DNA of 46,324 nt, the filler included, from Jimgerdemannia flammicorona (Eukaryota), in the NCBI GenBank assembly GCA_003990765.1. It is 2 parts of 2 records of this genome, joined end to end, with 100 filler letters (N's around TTAATTAATTAA, not from the genome) between each part and the next. Parts side by side here need not be neighbours in the genome. Positions count along the whole stretch, not along the records: positions 23,215 to 46,324 come from RBNJ01001157.1; 1 more part is not named here. One strand, 5' to 3'. Positions 23,365-36,122 of this stretch are shown here, in pieces. A program made the position numbers and the translations under genes. Numbering within the stretch: the first letter of the stretch is position 1; each line of letters opens with the position of its first letter. Below the pieces are notes generated by a model, which did not search any database, was not told the DNA's origin, and worked only from the letters and a program-made list of their open reading frames with translations.

Positions 23365-24114
23365 CTACTCGTCGGCAAACCAGGTCCGCTTGATATATTC
23401 TATCTGCGTAGAGACTAGTTCGTCGATATTCTCGAGAAGCCGAAATTTTTGAAGGCCGCCGTACTCCTTAATACATAATGCGTAGCGGTTTGTGCCGTTG
23501 CTGCAACCCTTGGAGTTGGCGATGCGAATTTCGGCGTCGCCGATCCAGAGCATGCTCTTCAGCTCGTGGATCGCCTTGTTGATTACACCTTCATCCGAAG
23601 CGGGAGTCAAGAGTTCGCACCGAGATTCGATAGCGGCACGGTAGCTGTTGGAGTTGAAACACAGTTTACCATCCTTGCGACAACGACGACACGGACGGCC
23701 ATCGACGCATCTCTTTTTGTTGACTTTGCACCGGGCACATATCGTTCCGGGAGAGGCCCTTTTATTGACGGTGACGTAACGGCTGCCATCCGAAATTAGA
23801 TGCGGACTTCCGTGAGGTTCGCTGTTATTTGTTGGGATGTTAATGGGAGGATCCAAGTTGAGGTGGACTGCGGCACTTTGCTGGATAGCTTCGTCGTTTG
23901 TTTGGACTCTGTTGTGACTTTCGGCGTTCAGGTGAACTAGAAGGTTGTCCATGCCCAAGAAGATCTTCGTGCATGTAGGGTAGGGGCAGTAGATAAATTT
24001 CGGTATGCTGCTGTGGGCGCCATTGACGTGGTCCAGGAGGTTCTCCATGCCGTGGTTGATACATGGGCATGCGGGAAAGGGACAGCGTACGTATTGGTTT
24101 GTATCGGAAGACAT
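23365..24114 (-). CDS. Zinc-finger protein with two C2H2-like fingers and a Zn(II)2Cys6 binuclear cluster (putative transcription factor)
   Basis: Uninterrupted 249-aa ORF. CPFPAC..HVNGAH and CPYPTC..HLNAESH fingers; CARC-x6-C-x5-CRRC-x6-C fits the Gal4-type consensus; normal CpG content. Confidence 0.8.
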   Translation of the reverse strand: MSSDTNQYVRCPFPACPCINHGMENLLDHVNGAHSSIPKFIYCPYPTCTKIFLGMDNLLVHLNAESHNRVQTNDEAIQQSAAVHLNLDPPINIPTNNSEPHGSPHLISDGSRYVTVNKRASPGTICARCKVNKKRCVDGRPCRRCRKDGKLCFNSNSYRAAIESRCELLTPASDEGVINKAIHELKSMLWIGDAEIRIANSKGCSNGTNRYALCIKEYGGLQKFRLLENIDELVSTQIEYIKRTWFADE

Positions 24115-24589
24115 TGGTGAGGAAGCTGGCGAAGAAAGACAAGGGCTAACTCGGACATGTTTCCAGAAAATAAGTAATTCGCTTGTGTAACCAGCGGTAA
24201 GTCGGCGGAAATTTATTCACGTGATATTTAAATCGGTGGTGTCACTCATCCCAAAGCTTGTAAAAAAATTTTCCGTGGGCCAGATTAGGATTCTATAATC
24301 CGCTTCATAGATTGGCAACCTCTATCAACGACGCCTACGCTGACGCCAAAGCCTTCTCGAATAGCCTTCCAGAATTTCGTTATAGTGTTCCTCGAGCAAT
24401 TGCTGAAATTGTGTATTTGCCAATTTCATAGATTATAGTTATAAATATATGTACGAGAGAGAATAGTGTGCAAATGGGCAGATAGATAGTGAAGAAACGA
24501 GAGGGAATGGATGTACGATTTAACTTAGTGTATATTACAATGTAACCACTTTTACTCCTATTCTGAAACTTCTCCTTTCTCTTCGGCGG

Positions 24590-25135
24590 CCACTTTCCCT
24601 CCCGTTGTTCCCCGATCATGCGCAGAACATCGTATAAATCTCTCTCGACGTTCATCCCTGTCCTATGTGACGTCTCGGTGAGGTGGATTCAGAACCGACG
24701 TGCCAACGCCAAACCCTCCTCCCCCGACATGACTCGCTCCATCCTCGTATTGCAGTCGTTTCCGACCAGGCTCGTTGGCACGTCGCCCGTGTGGCCAGCA
24801 GGGAAAACACCTTCGCATCGATCCGGATGTCTGAGTAGCGCTGCTCGAGCCTCGTGAGCCTCACTCAGCGCGGCGATTTGGGGGAACGCAACGAGCGCAT
24901 CGGCGACCTCGTCCTCGTATTCTTCAACCCACTCGCCGCTGGTGAAGGTTAGGTCCTCGAGGAGCCGGCTTGACGTCGTCAGTTCTTCCAGGACGTCGCA
25001 GAAATGCGAGTTATCGTGCTTGAAGATGAACGATCGGAGATTGGCCCATCCGTGCGGTATCCGAATGGATTTCGACGCATGTAGTCTTGCTTTGTTCCAG
25101 TCGAAAATTCCGAAAAGAACCAATGAACCATGCAC
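24590..25135 (-). pseudogene. Degraded hypothetical gene, possibly LRR/RNI-like
   Basis: Overlapping protein-like frames (LRSFIF..LEELTTSSRLLEDLTF; LTRLE..DAKVFSLLA) that need frameshifts to join. Confidence 0.3.
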
Positions 25136-25195
25136 TAATCGTCATACGTACTTTTTCTTGAAAGTGATTTTCGCTCCTTTCTAGCTACACCTCCG

Positions 25196-25346
25196 CTACC
25201 CACGAGCTCAAACACCAACATCGGCTCCTGACCACATGTCATCCCTACATACGAGCTCAAGCCCAACATCAGCCCCCGGTCACGTGTCGACCAACTCACC
25301 TCAATACCAACATCGCCTCCCGATCAAACGTCAGACCAAGTCACCC
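25196..25346. repeat. Degenerate tandem repeat, ~46-49-bp unit x3
   Basis: CTCAA..CCAACATC..C.CC.G.C/TCA..GTC recurs three times. Confidence 0.6.
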
Positions 25347-25686
25347 CAACCGTCCAGCACAAGGCATGCATGTCATGCCGCCTGAAAAATAAAGGCTGCC
25401 CGCACGTCAATGAGAACACCCGTAAGAGGAATGTGCCTGGAATTGTGTGTGCCTGCTAGCCTTGTGTCATGATGTATGATACTGACAGACACCAGTCTTT
25501 TTTCTAGTCACCCGACAATCCACCGTCCACTTGGATAGAATGCTCACATTATAAGTGCTACGGCGTGAACCGCCCTAACAGAAAGCATGTTATGGGATTG
25601 ATCTGATGGTTTGAAGTTCGGACGCCGCTATCCTACCTTCAGAATTTCCGCCCACCAAGGTAGTGGAGTGGCTTGGTATGATTGTG

Positions 25687-25769
25687 ATGTCATCAATGAG
25701 CTATGTCATCAATGAACTATGTCATCAACCAGGTATGTGTATGTCATCAACCGGATGTTGTCAATGAGA
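25687..25769. repeat. Short ATGTCATCAA repeat cluster
   Basis: ATGTCATCAA occurs four times; the first three are at a 16-bp period. Confidence 0.6.
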
Positions 25770-26229
25770 CGAGCCAAACGTGGACAGTACGAGCAAACGT
25801 GGAATGGTCTCCAACATTTTTGTCTCGTCTCTATTCCATGCAAGGCCTCATCTCTGAGGCAAAACATATGTATGTACGTTATTTAGATCTACTTAATTTC
25901 GGTCGATTTTCGAGGTATATACGTCTCCAAAGAGACTCGGCAGGTTGGGTCGGCGAGGGCTTATATAGCAAAGGGTTTCTCGTGGGATTGTGAATGGCAA
26001 TTATCAGCCAGATACTCAATGGCCGAGTGGGCTGTTCCTCTGGGCGATCTCGATTGCGCCATAGAAATCAGACGTTGAACCACAGGTCAAAAAAAATCAA
26101 GCCTATCAGAGCCAACGCCTCCGTCATCAGTATCAACACCGCTGCCCAACGGACTATAGGTATGAGTTCGTGAGGTTTGAGTTATAATTTAATCTCCCCT
26201 TCCGTGCGTCAAGCAGAAAGGCCGGCGCG

Positions 26230-26231
<2 letters not shown>

Positions 26232-26263
<32 letters not shown>

Positions 26264-26294
26264 TTTTTTAATTTTTTTTTTTTTTTTTTTTTTT
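26232..26294. repeat. Interrupted poly(T) tract
   Basis: Directly visible. Confidence 0.9.
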
Positions 26295-26619
26295 GATTCA
26301 TCTCTGAAAATTTTCATTTAATATTTTTCCCATTATCACATAAGTTGACTAAAGCTCTGCAGCGAGGTCAGTGCAAAGGGCAGAACTTGAAGCGTAGTAG
26401 TGGGTAGCAGAGGTTGAGCCCTTTCGAGATTGCAGCTATCGCAAAGCGAGCGAATAGCGTTCACATTCTACTTTCCATTCCGTAACCATGCCATGTTCTT
26501 CAAGCTTGCGCAGCGGTCTTGTGAGGACAGAGGATGTAGCGTTCGGAAGCAGGAACCGCCATATCCTTCTATCTAGACATAGTTTTCGAATTGCGTGCCA
26601 TGCGCATCCGGTTAAAGGG

Positions 26620-27890
26620 TTATAGTCTGAACTTTTCTAAGCCCTCAACCATTTGCACCACGCGATGAATCGAAAGCATGTCACTAGTTGGGACGAAATT
26701 GTTTGTATGACCTTCGCCATTTGTATTGCTTTTGCGATTGATATCCTCCCCGATAGTTCGCCGAAGAAACGAAAACTCGTCTAATATACCAATCGCGGAA
26801 AGAACATCCTGTTCAGCTGTCTCCTTAAGGGATCCACGTAACGGTTTCCGAAAAAGTGCCAATGCATCATGTTGTCGTTAGAAAAGGGATGCTGGTATTG
26901 CATCTGGTTGGAGAAAGGCGCAAGCTTGGAGATTTCGAGTTGCCAATAGATTTTGCTTCTTCATTCGATTGAATGACAACTTCCACACAGTAGCGACTTT
27001 CTCCTCGTAGGCGCTCGGATTGCTGTGATCGCCGCCAGTGAGCAACACTTTAGGAATTTTGTAATCAACCTCAGATAACCTTTAAAAGTTGTTTTAGTTC
27101 ATTCAATGTATGAACGAGCAATGTTTATGGCGAGAGGGAAACGATCGAGCTTTGTACAATGCGTTGTGCATTGGTTATTGTAGCATTCGCAAATGGAGAT
27201 CGTGACCCAAGCAGGAGAGAAAGGCCTGCTCGTTAGTCATCTTGTTGACTCCGATTACCGTGGCCCATGAAGAAGGAATATGATTGCGAGTTGCCACGAT
27301 AACGTCACCACCGGTTACTAGAATATAAGGGTCTACATCATTGGCATCGTTCATGTTATCTAAAAGCAGCCAGCCGGTCTTCGTTTCAAGCCATTCGCTT
27401 AGCCGAAACATCGCCATCGCCGGATCTTCAGCCTCGTTGAGTATCCCAAGTTTCTTTGCCAGGCTTCTGAAGGAATCCAGAGTCACCTTCCTACCATCAA
27501 CGCGGAGCCAGAAGATGTAATGTTTCGGCACCAGTAACAAATTGCAGCATAGTTTCAGTTTTCCGACACCTTTGAGGACTACCGGCAGGCGTATGTCTTT
27601 CGATTGGTTTCCATGGATCGCTGCCAGGATCTTTTCCATGATATCCTCTCGGCCTACGAATCAGTTTGTGGGCTTGAGCAGAACTAGGAAAATTTTCCTA
27701 TTTTCGATGATGGCGCTGTCGACTGGTGTGGAATTGTAATTATTGACAGTACCGGGTGTTGAAAAATATAATAGCTCAGTTATCAGTTTATCAGTTATCA
27801 AAATTCGAATGTACATAATACACAGATAATGTACCATAGGATACTGCTCCACCAGATTCGACAATATTACCAATAGGTCCGAGAAACGCG
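26620..27890 (-). pseudogene. Fungal NLR-like NB-ARC pseudogene
   Basis: FVGRED (~27660), truncated Walker A (VLKGVGKL), IFWL, Walker B WLLLDN, DVIVATRN, FPLAI (~27140, GxP-like), ILDEFSFL..SIHRVVQ (winged helix/MHD-like). Stops and frameshifts throughout. Confidence 0.8.
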
Positions 27891-29192
27891 TCCCCTGTGC
27901 GTGCTAACAGCATCAACATTATTTTTTCACGTTTTGCACCAAATCTTCAACGGAGTCTCCCTGCCAGTAGTCGGCAACTGGCTGCTGGCAAACGCAGTTC
28001 GGGTGGCCATGTTTGTGTTGTTGCTTTCTGAAGACATATCTAGTTATTGTGGAATACCGTTAGTTAGTTGTGTTACATGTACCGGACGAGATGATCTTTG
28101 TAGACCTTGTAGTAACTTACTTTGTTGCGGTCAGGTTGTGAGCGGCAATTGATTATTCAATTCACACATGGCTGAGAAATTCAACTTGTCTTTATCGCTC
28201 CTAGGCGGACCTAGCTTAGCGCACAGACAATGGAAGGTTGGTTCTTGCCGATGGAGGTGATGTCGTCCCTGAGACTAAGACCATTGTCGGATTCCTGTTT
28301 CGCATATGGATGATTCGTAAGAAAAGGACTTCTATGTGAATGTCTAAATTGTGGCGCAGTGATATAAAAGGGACAATGTGTTCTGGCTTGGGGTGCATAC
28401 ATTCTGCCTAATTCACGTAGTCCATACTGATTCCTCCGGATTCTTGTCTTTCCGGTTGAGCTCTTATTCCGATAAGATGATTAAGAGCTGTCACTATTTC
28501 ATTCCATGCGTCCTCCTATTGTTCTACTCCTTTGCCAACTAACACTACGTAAGAACGCCACGCAATCGTAGTGGATGGTGAAATGCACGTTTAGAACGAA
28601 ACATGTAAATAAAATAAAATATTTTTTGCAAGATTTCGACGCGTCAATCCCAAATCACGTACCTGCACCCTCGGCCAAGCTATGCTTGCAGCCAAATCCA
28701 AACCGCGCTTATTTCCATCGGTGAAAAGGCTCAACGTATGCACGCCAAGCCAGGGTTGACAAAACCTCTCCGCCGGACACATTCGACGTGTATGTTTTGG
28801 TCCGCTTATCGCTCGCTTGCTCCACACTCTGCAAGTGCACCATATACATCTGCGTATCGCGACAAAAAATCTAAGCGATAACAAATTTAGGGTGACATTT
28901 TGTTCACAAATCACGACCATTTTTGATCACGAAACTAATAAATAGACAAACCACTACAGAAAAATGTTCTAAGAAAGCTAATACGTATATGCAAGGGAAT
29001 AAGCGCGATAATAATATGCAAGAAATGTAATGTGTGAATCATAATATCTTAGTGCTGATGTACATGGGAACAGATGCAATATTAATGTGCAAATAATATG
29101 CCATAATCGAAACACAACAAAAATAAAAATAAAAAATAAAAAAGAGAGACACATATATTAACAAGAAAGTAAGGGATATTATTTTCGATACA

Positions 29193-30300
29193 TCAGGTTC
29201 CGCTTCTACTCTCTTCACTCCACCTCATGTCATCCACGTCATCATACACTTCTTCACCTTCGCTGTCATCCACCTCCATTTCGTCCTCCGTATCCTCGTC
29301 ATCCTCCTCTTCTTCGTCATCCGTGTAATCCATATCCATGTCATCCTCCTTCCCCTCCTCCTCCTCCTCCTCCTTCTCCCCCTCCTCCTCCTCCTCATAA
29401 TCCATATCCTCCACGTCGTTGTATAATCCCCTCCCCTGTCGTTGCCCTCCATTCCATCGATCACCGCGCCCGCACCATCCGCGCCCTCACCACCAATATG
29501 CCCGTCCACCATACCGCAATGCTCCACACGTTCCATGTCCTTGACCTCTACACCCTTGCCCTCAATGTTTTTGCCATCCCCAGCATCACCACTCACTCCC
29601 TTCCGGCATCGTCATCCCTCCCTCATCCTCAGTGTCCATGCCCTCCCCACCATACCCCTCCCTACTGTCCTTGCCCTCATCGCCATCACCCTCGTCAATC
29701 CCTGCCATCACCCTCCACTTTCTTGACCTCGCCCTCCCCGAAATCTCCCTTCCCGCCCTTGTCCTCCGCGTCCTCACCATTCGCATCTTCCACGGTCTCG
29801 CCCTCACCCTCTTCACCTTTCTCACTTCGCCATCCTCCTCATACTCGCCCTCCGTATCGTCCCATCCTCGCCGTCTAGTACTTAAATGCCAGCGACCCGA
29901 CGGAAAGCTCCACGACTTTGGCATTGTCTGAGATGACAACTTGCGAACCGACTTTCGATTGATCCCAATGGAGATCTTGGCGTTTGCGATACCCGGACGG
30001 GTGTCCAGTTGGACACACGGTGTTCTTGAATACGTGGTGACAAAAGGCCATGTAATTTGGAGATGTCTCCGCCAACCCGTCGACTGCCTCCGTGAGGATC
30101 TTCAAGCGATGCGGGCACACAAGAGTGAGGCCCACATACTCCATCATTTTTAGTAGCAATGATTTATTTCCCAATCGAATTTTACCCTCGCAACCTGTAG
30201 CTAACTCTCAAAAAAAAAAAAAAAAAAAAAAAAAAAAGGTGCAAGGGTGTTCCATGCACTCGTTTTCGAGACGCCGGAGAATCCTGCCAGCTCTAGCCGG
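29193..30300 (-). pseudogene. Degraded gene with a long Gly/Asp/Glu-rich acidic C-terminus
   Basis: ORF pieces 29875..30174, 29586..29939, 29225..29596 and 29193..29414 form a frameshifted continuum ending in a D/E tract. The poly(A) at ~30210-30237 could be an intronic pyrimidine tract on the minus strand. Confidence 0.45.
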
Positions 30301-32844
30301 ATAGAAGGTTAACGAAAAAAATGGCCTTCCCTTTCCAAGAGTCCAGAGGGAATCGTGGCTCGATAACCATCGCCGCAATGTGCATCGCAAACCACACCCG
30401 GGCCATCCCGTATGACACGTCCCATAATCTACTTTGCACCCGTTGTCAAATGGACGATAGCCTTTCTCTGACTTCATGGAACTACCGCACTGCCCCCTCG
30501 CAGCCTCGCCGGCCGCTAGCTCTGCCACCGGACAGCTCCGAGAAGTAACCCTGCCTGAGACAGCAACACAGAGACAAGCCTTCCACTCAATTATTAAATT
30601 TACCTTCAGTCTATGTCAAGCGCCATCACGACCATATGTGCATAATGATCACTTCCAACGATTGTCAGTGACATCGTAGAGGACCCAACCAAAGGATTGT
30701 TCGCGGCAGTATTTATACCTCATGTGATACATTGTAAATGGTTGCAACCGGAGCTGAATACCCACCTTGTCGTTGCCACTTCAGACGATGCAGCCCGTGA
30801 GGTTCTCGATATGGTCTGCCAGCTGAAAATTTCTCGAAAGGGCTCGTGTTTTACGAAACAATTCGACCATTGAAGACGATTTGGAGGCCATTTTACGAGG
30901 TTTTAAAGAAATTCATGATGTATTTAAGATTGAAGTGTGTAGGGGGAGGTTTTTCTCGGAAGAAGTGTTCTGATCTGACATGTAATAGCTGAAAATTCCT
31001 TGTATTATATTCAATCGTTGCTCGGCGGATATCTTTGCTCTTCGGTGAATGGGTAAAGCCTTTGCTTATCGGTAAGTCGTCGCTCCGGTTTACCGTCTTT
31101 CTGCTCGGCGCCCAATCTTTGCTCGGAGTTCGTTTTGTTTTTTATATTTTTAGTAATTAATATAGCTGTGTGTGCACGGTGACGACTCTCTGGCAAACAC
31201 GCTTGCATTTGGCAATATCTGAAACAATTTTCACGCTACATGCTATTGTAAGAACCCAATCAATCTTTGGTCAGCATGCAACAAGATGTAAGCTCGGAAC
31301 TGGGTGAAGAGCGAAAAACTAGGTATGCTGAACAGGAATTTGCGTGACTCCATTTTGTGATATTGGATCAAGTGCCAGTGCGATCACGTGAACATTAACT
31401 GCAGTTTACATCCACCAAAGCTATTATCTATGACATGATTCTTGGCACCAACTGGATGAAGGAAATGAATATAGTTGTTGATATTGGTCAACAAGTACTC
31501 AAGTTTGACTATCAAGACAAGAAGTACAGAGTTAAGGTGACCAGCCATGAGCAATCAAAGAAGAAAAAGAAGGTCACTATTCAGGAAGAATATGCTAGTA
31601 GTGAAGAGTTTACCACAAAGAAGGAAGAATAATCTGAAGATAGAAATGATCCCAGACTTAATCCCCAAATTAACCTGATAGATGGCAGACCAGAAGATAA
31701 TGTATAGGCCAAGAACACTGTCTCCATTACCATCAGAGCCATCACAGGAGAGATCAAAGGATGCCCCACCTGCCTCAAGAGACACAAGTGCTCTGAGCAC
31801 TCCTCCAAGATCATTGGGACAAGGAAATCGCCTGGCACAGCCTGCCCAGAGTGCAGAAAGAAGAAGAAGAAATACAGACATATTCCAGAAATACCTGCAG
31901 CCAAAGCTACAGAAGTACAAGTGATTTGGGGCCAAGAATCATCTGAGGAAGAAGAAGTTTCTGACCAAGAAGTTTCTGAATAAGAAGTACCTGAAGAAGA
32001 AGAGGTCTCTGAACTCATTCCCTAGGATGACTCTTGCTGGACACCACCTGAAGATAATGACCCTTGGAATATGGAAGAAGGACCCAGCATAATCTCCATT
32101 ATTCCCAAGAAAGAAACTCACCAAGAGAGAGCATTTCAGCTGAGAAGATGTCTACACTAAATGGTCTTCTACTCTCCCTAAGACTACTGCTATCAGTGCT
32201 ATCTACTAGACCAACAGGAGAGATAGAGGCCCCAGAGACCAGAACCTCTGAATATAGTTATATAGTTAACTACCTTCCAAGAGGTCACTACCAAGCTGCA
32301 AAGTCAATTCAGAGGACAAGGCTTCTTTACTTGAACAGAAATATATCTATTGTCTACCCTTCTTCAAACTTATGACTAAGATAGATACTGATTTCTGAGA
32401 TAACAAGAGATCAATAATCAGGAATATCATTTTTAAGCAATGGAATATTGTAATCATAGAAGACACCTAGACTGCTGAGACTGCAAACATCAGAAGATTC
32501 ACCTCAGTCATGATGTTGCAATCCACACATAAAAGAGAGGAGACAATAGAAGCCAGATCTGAAAAAGCCAGACCAAGAAGCCAGGAAGAAGGATCCTTAA
32601 GATCTATAATTTAGGAGAAGACATTCTAGCTCTTATTAGACATGCAATCCATCAAGAATGGGTAGAAGATGCCACCAACTTTATGGAAGCCCTAGACTCA
32701 ACAGAAAGAAGAGGAATCAACTACCTTCAAGATCCCTCCACTGGAGCCAGATGGCCACACCTCAATCTCAGAGCTTGGAGGCTCTCTATTAGTAGAGCTT
32801 CAGCCCAAGGATAGTCCAAACTCAGCAAGAATGTTGCCCAGTAT

Positions 32845-33243
32845 GCCCTGCTACATCCTAAGGCCAAACCCCTGACCAAAGCTTACTCAGAAGATATAGG
32901 GTATGATATTCACAGTCTGGAAGATAAATCCATCAAGTCTGGAAAAACATTCATGATCAGAACTGAACTAGCTATGCAGCTACCTTAAGAAACTTATATA
33001 CAATTGACCTCAAGGTCTGGACTTGCCAGACAAGGAATAACTATAGAAGGAGGAACCATTGATCCAGGATATACAGGCAAAATCAAAGTCATCCTACACA
33101 ATAATAGTGCAGAATGGCACTGAATTATTAAAGGACAGAAGATTGCCCAAGCAGTCTTTATGAAGGTCAAAATCCCCCAATTATAAGAAATCTCTGAACT
33201 GACTGAAGGAAAAAGACAAGCTAAAGGATTTGGAAGTTCAGAT
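32845..33243 (+). pseudogene. dut: dUTPase domain of family 2
   Basis: LLHPKAKP..DIGYDI, SRSGLA, GGTIDPGYTG, GQKIAQ, RQAKGFGSSD in one frame. Confidence 0.93.
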
Positions 33244-36122
33244 AAGAAGGAAGTATATCTTCTTCAAGTCAACCATCTCAAGAGGAATATCCCTCAGCAA
33301 GTATACCACCAACCAGTCAAACTACACAAGAACCTCATCATGGAACCTGGAAAACAAATCACCTTCAAAATCTTTGTATCACCTGACCTCAGAAATCTCT
33401 TCTTTGAACCCAATAAAGATATCCCACACTTGGATATAGAAGGACACACATTTCCTAATAAGATGAATCTAGTATATTCCTGAGCAACCAACCAAAGTTG
33501 GGAAACCATCATCTTGCCAAAAGGAACTATCATAAGATATCTAGTGTCTTTTCTCAACTGAACTTATAGAGAAGTTTATAAACTAAACTTATTGAGAAAT
33601 GGCAAAAGGTTCCAGAAGAAATGAAAGACCCCTCTGTGACCCAGGAGATAGTAAAGCCTTCTACCAACATTGGAGAAGAATTGATACTCCAATAACAGCA
33701 ATAACTAGCAGAACTTCTCAACAAATTTCAAGATATCTTCATTACTGATTATGACAACCTGCCATATAACCCATCATATCACCATAGCATAAATACAGGA
33801 AATACAACACCCATCTGGCAGAAACCCTATAGAATACCCCATTACTTAAAAATATTCAAAAAGGAGCATATTCAAGAACTCTTAAATAATGAAGTCATCC
33901 GACTCTCTACCAGTCCCTGGGCCAGCCCTATACTTATTATACCAAAGAAAGGGAGATAGAGACTCTGTGTAGATGACAGAAAACTCAATTCAGTCACCAA
34001 AAAGGATGTCTATCCTTTGCCAAGAATCGATGACCTTTTGTATCAGTTACAAGATACCAGATACTTCAGCAGTATGGACCTCTTTATAGGATTCCATGAG
34101 ATCCCCATGGATTCCAAAGACATCCAAAAGACAGCCTTTCTTACTCTAGAAAAACTGTTTGAATACCTTCAAATACCTTTTGGACTTTACAATACACCCC
34201 CCACCTTTCAGAGAATGATGAACTCAGTCTATGCCCCTTTGATCTACTACTGTCTGATCATATATATGGATGATTCCAACATCTATTCAGCCAACTTTGA
34301 AAAACATCTGTACTACCTGGAGGAATTCTTCAAGCTCACCTACAAGAACTACCTGAGACTCAATGCTAAGAAATGCTACTTCAGGAAACAGAAACTTGAA
34401 TTTCTTAGATTTATAGTTTTGAAAGAAGGAACCCATGCAGACCCAAAGAAAACTGAAAAGATCAAAAATTGGCCAGTACCCAAGACTCTGAAGGAAATAT
34501 TATCATTCCTGATGCTGGTATTCTACTACAGAAGATTTATCAAGGACTTTGCTCAAATTACCACCCCAATCTGAATTCTTCTCAAGAAAGAAGTACTATT
34601 CAAATAGACAGAATCATAAGAAAAAGCCTTCAAAGAACTCAAGAACTGCATGACTATAGTACCAATCCTTGTATACCCCAATCTACAAAAGCCATTCATC
34701 TTGTATACAGATACTTTCAAAGATGGCCTTGAAGCAGTTCTAGCTCAAGAAGGATCTGATCAATAACACTATGTGATAGCTTATATAAGCAGAGCTATCA
34801 ATCAGCAGCAGATGAACTATGGCAGTACCAAATTGGAATGTCTTGTAGTCATATGGGCAGTCACCCTGTTCAAGCATTACTTCATTGAAAAAAGGTTCAC
34901 TCTGATTATAGACCATGTAGCCCTCAAATGACTATTCAACTGTAAGGAACCTACCAGAATCCTAGCCTACTGGATTCTTATTCTTCAGAATTAAAAAATC
35001 ACCATTATCCACAAAGCAGGGAAAGCTCACAACAATGTTGATGTACTTTCCCACCAGCCCCAATAAATCAGAAGAAGGGTGTTCCAAGGAACTATACCCT
35101 AAAGGAAGCTCCTCAGACCATCAAGGTACAAGAAGATCTCATTCAAAAAGAACACCAGAAAGCCCATCAAGGACAAGCAAACATAGAAGAAAAGTTGCAA
35201 ACAATACACCAACATTGGCCTAATCTCAGAACATAAGTCTGGGACATACTCAAGAAATGTAACATCTGCCAGAGATACTAAGAAAGAAAGAACTACCAAG
35301 CACTACTGCAACCAATTATACTACCAGACAACATCTTTCAGAGATGGAGAGTAGATATAATTAGACCTCTACCAGTTATACTAAGAAGAAACAAATACAT
35401 CCTTATATTTGTAGAACATCTGACTAAGTGGCCCAAGGCTTTCCCAATAGAAATCACAGATGCTTTAACCATTATAGGTCTCCTCCATAGACTCACACTC
35501 AGATATGGACCCCCAGAAGAACTCATCTCTAACTAAGACACAGAATTCATCAATAATATAATCACCAGTTATACCCAAATTCACAAGATCCATCTCAAAT
35601 AGACTACATCATACCACCCTCAGATCAATGATATGACAGAAAGAATGAACCAGACTATCAATAAAGGACTTGTCTAAGTCAATCCTACCAATTGGGACCT
35701 TTGCTTACCTGAGATGCTATGGGAGATTCGGAATACCCCTGCTGCCTCTACTAAACAAAAGCCATTTGAAATGATGTTTGCTAAGAAAATCAGAACTGCT
35801 GACCAAGAGAATATCAGAGACCTTCTCAAGAAGGCAGAAGAGTTATATAATCAAGCCTGAGCCCAGATTATCAAGGCCCAAGAAAGACAAAAAAAGTACT
35901 ATAATCAGAAATAGAAGGATCAGAAGATCAAGATTGGAGATCAAGTACTAGTTTGGAGAAGTATGATTGAAATGAATTTTGCTGCCAAATTGGAGACCAA
36001 ATGGGAAGGACTTTATCTTATATACAATATCTGAGGAATCAGCATCTATTTAAGAAGCATAGATAGATGGACCCTCAGGATATCAGTATACATCAACTGT
36101 CTCAAGATATACCTCTCCCATC

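Noticed and set aside
25196..25769. CRISPR-like array
   Set aside because: Degenerate units without unique spacers, eukaryotic context and no cas genes.
26232..26294. Poly(A) tail of a processed NB-ARC retrocopy
   Set aside because: No TSD was found and the remnant seems to retain an intron, so it is treated as a simple repeat.
31358..31390. DIGSSASAIT as the family 2 protease catalytic motif
   Set aside because: Too close to YDMILG, in a different frame and within CpG-retaining sequence; probably coincidental.
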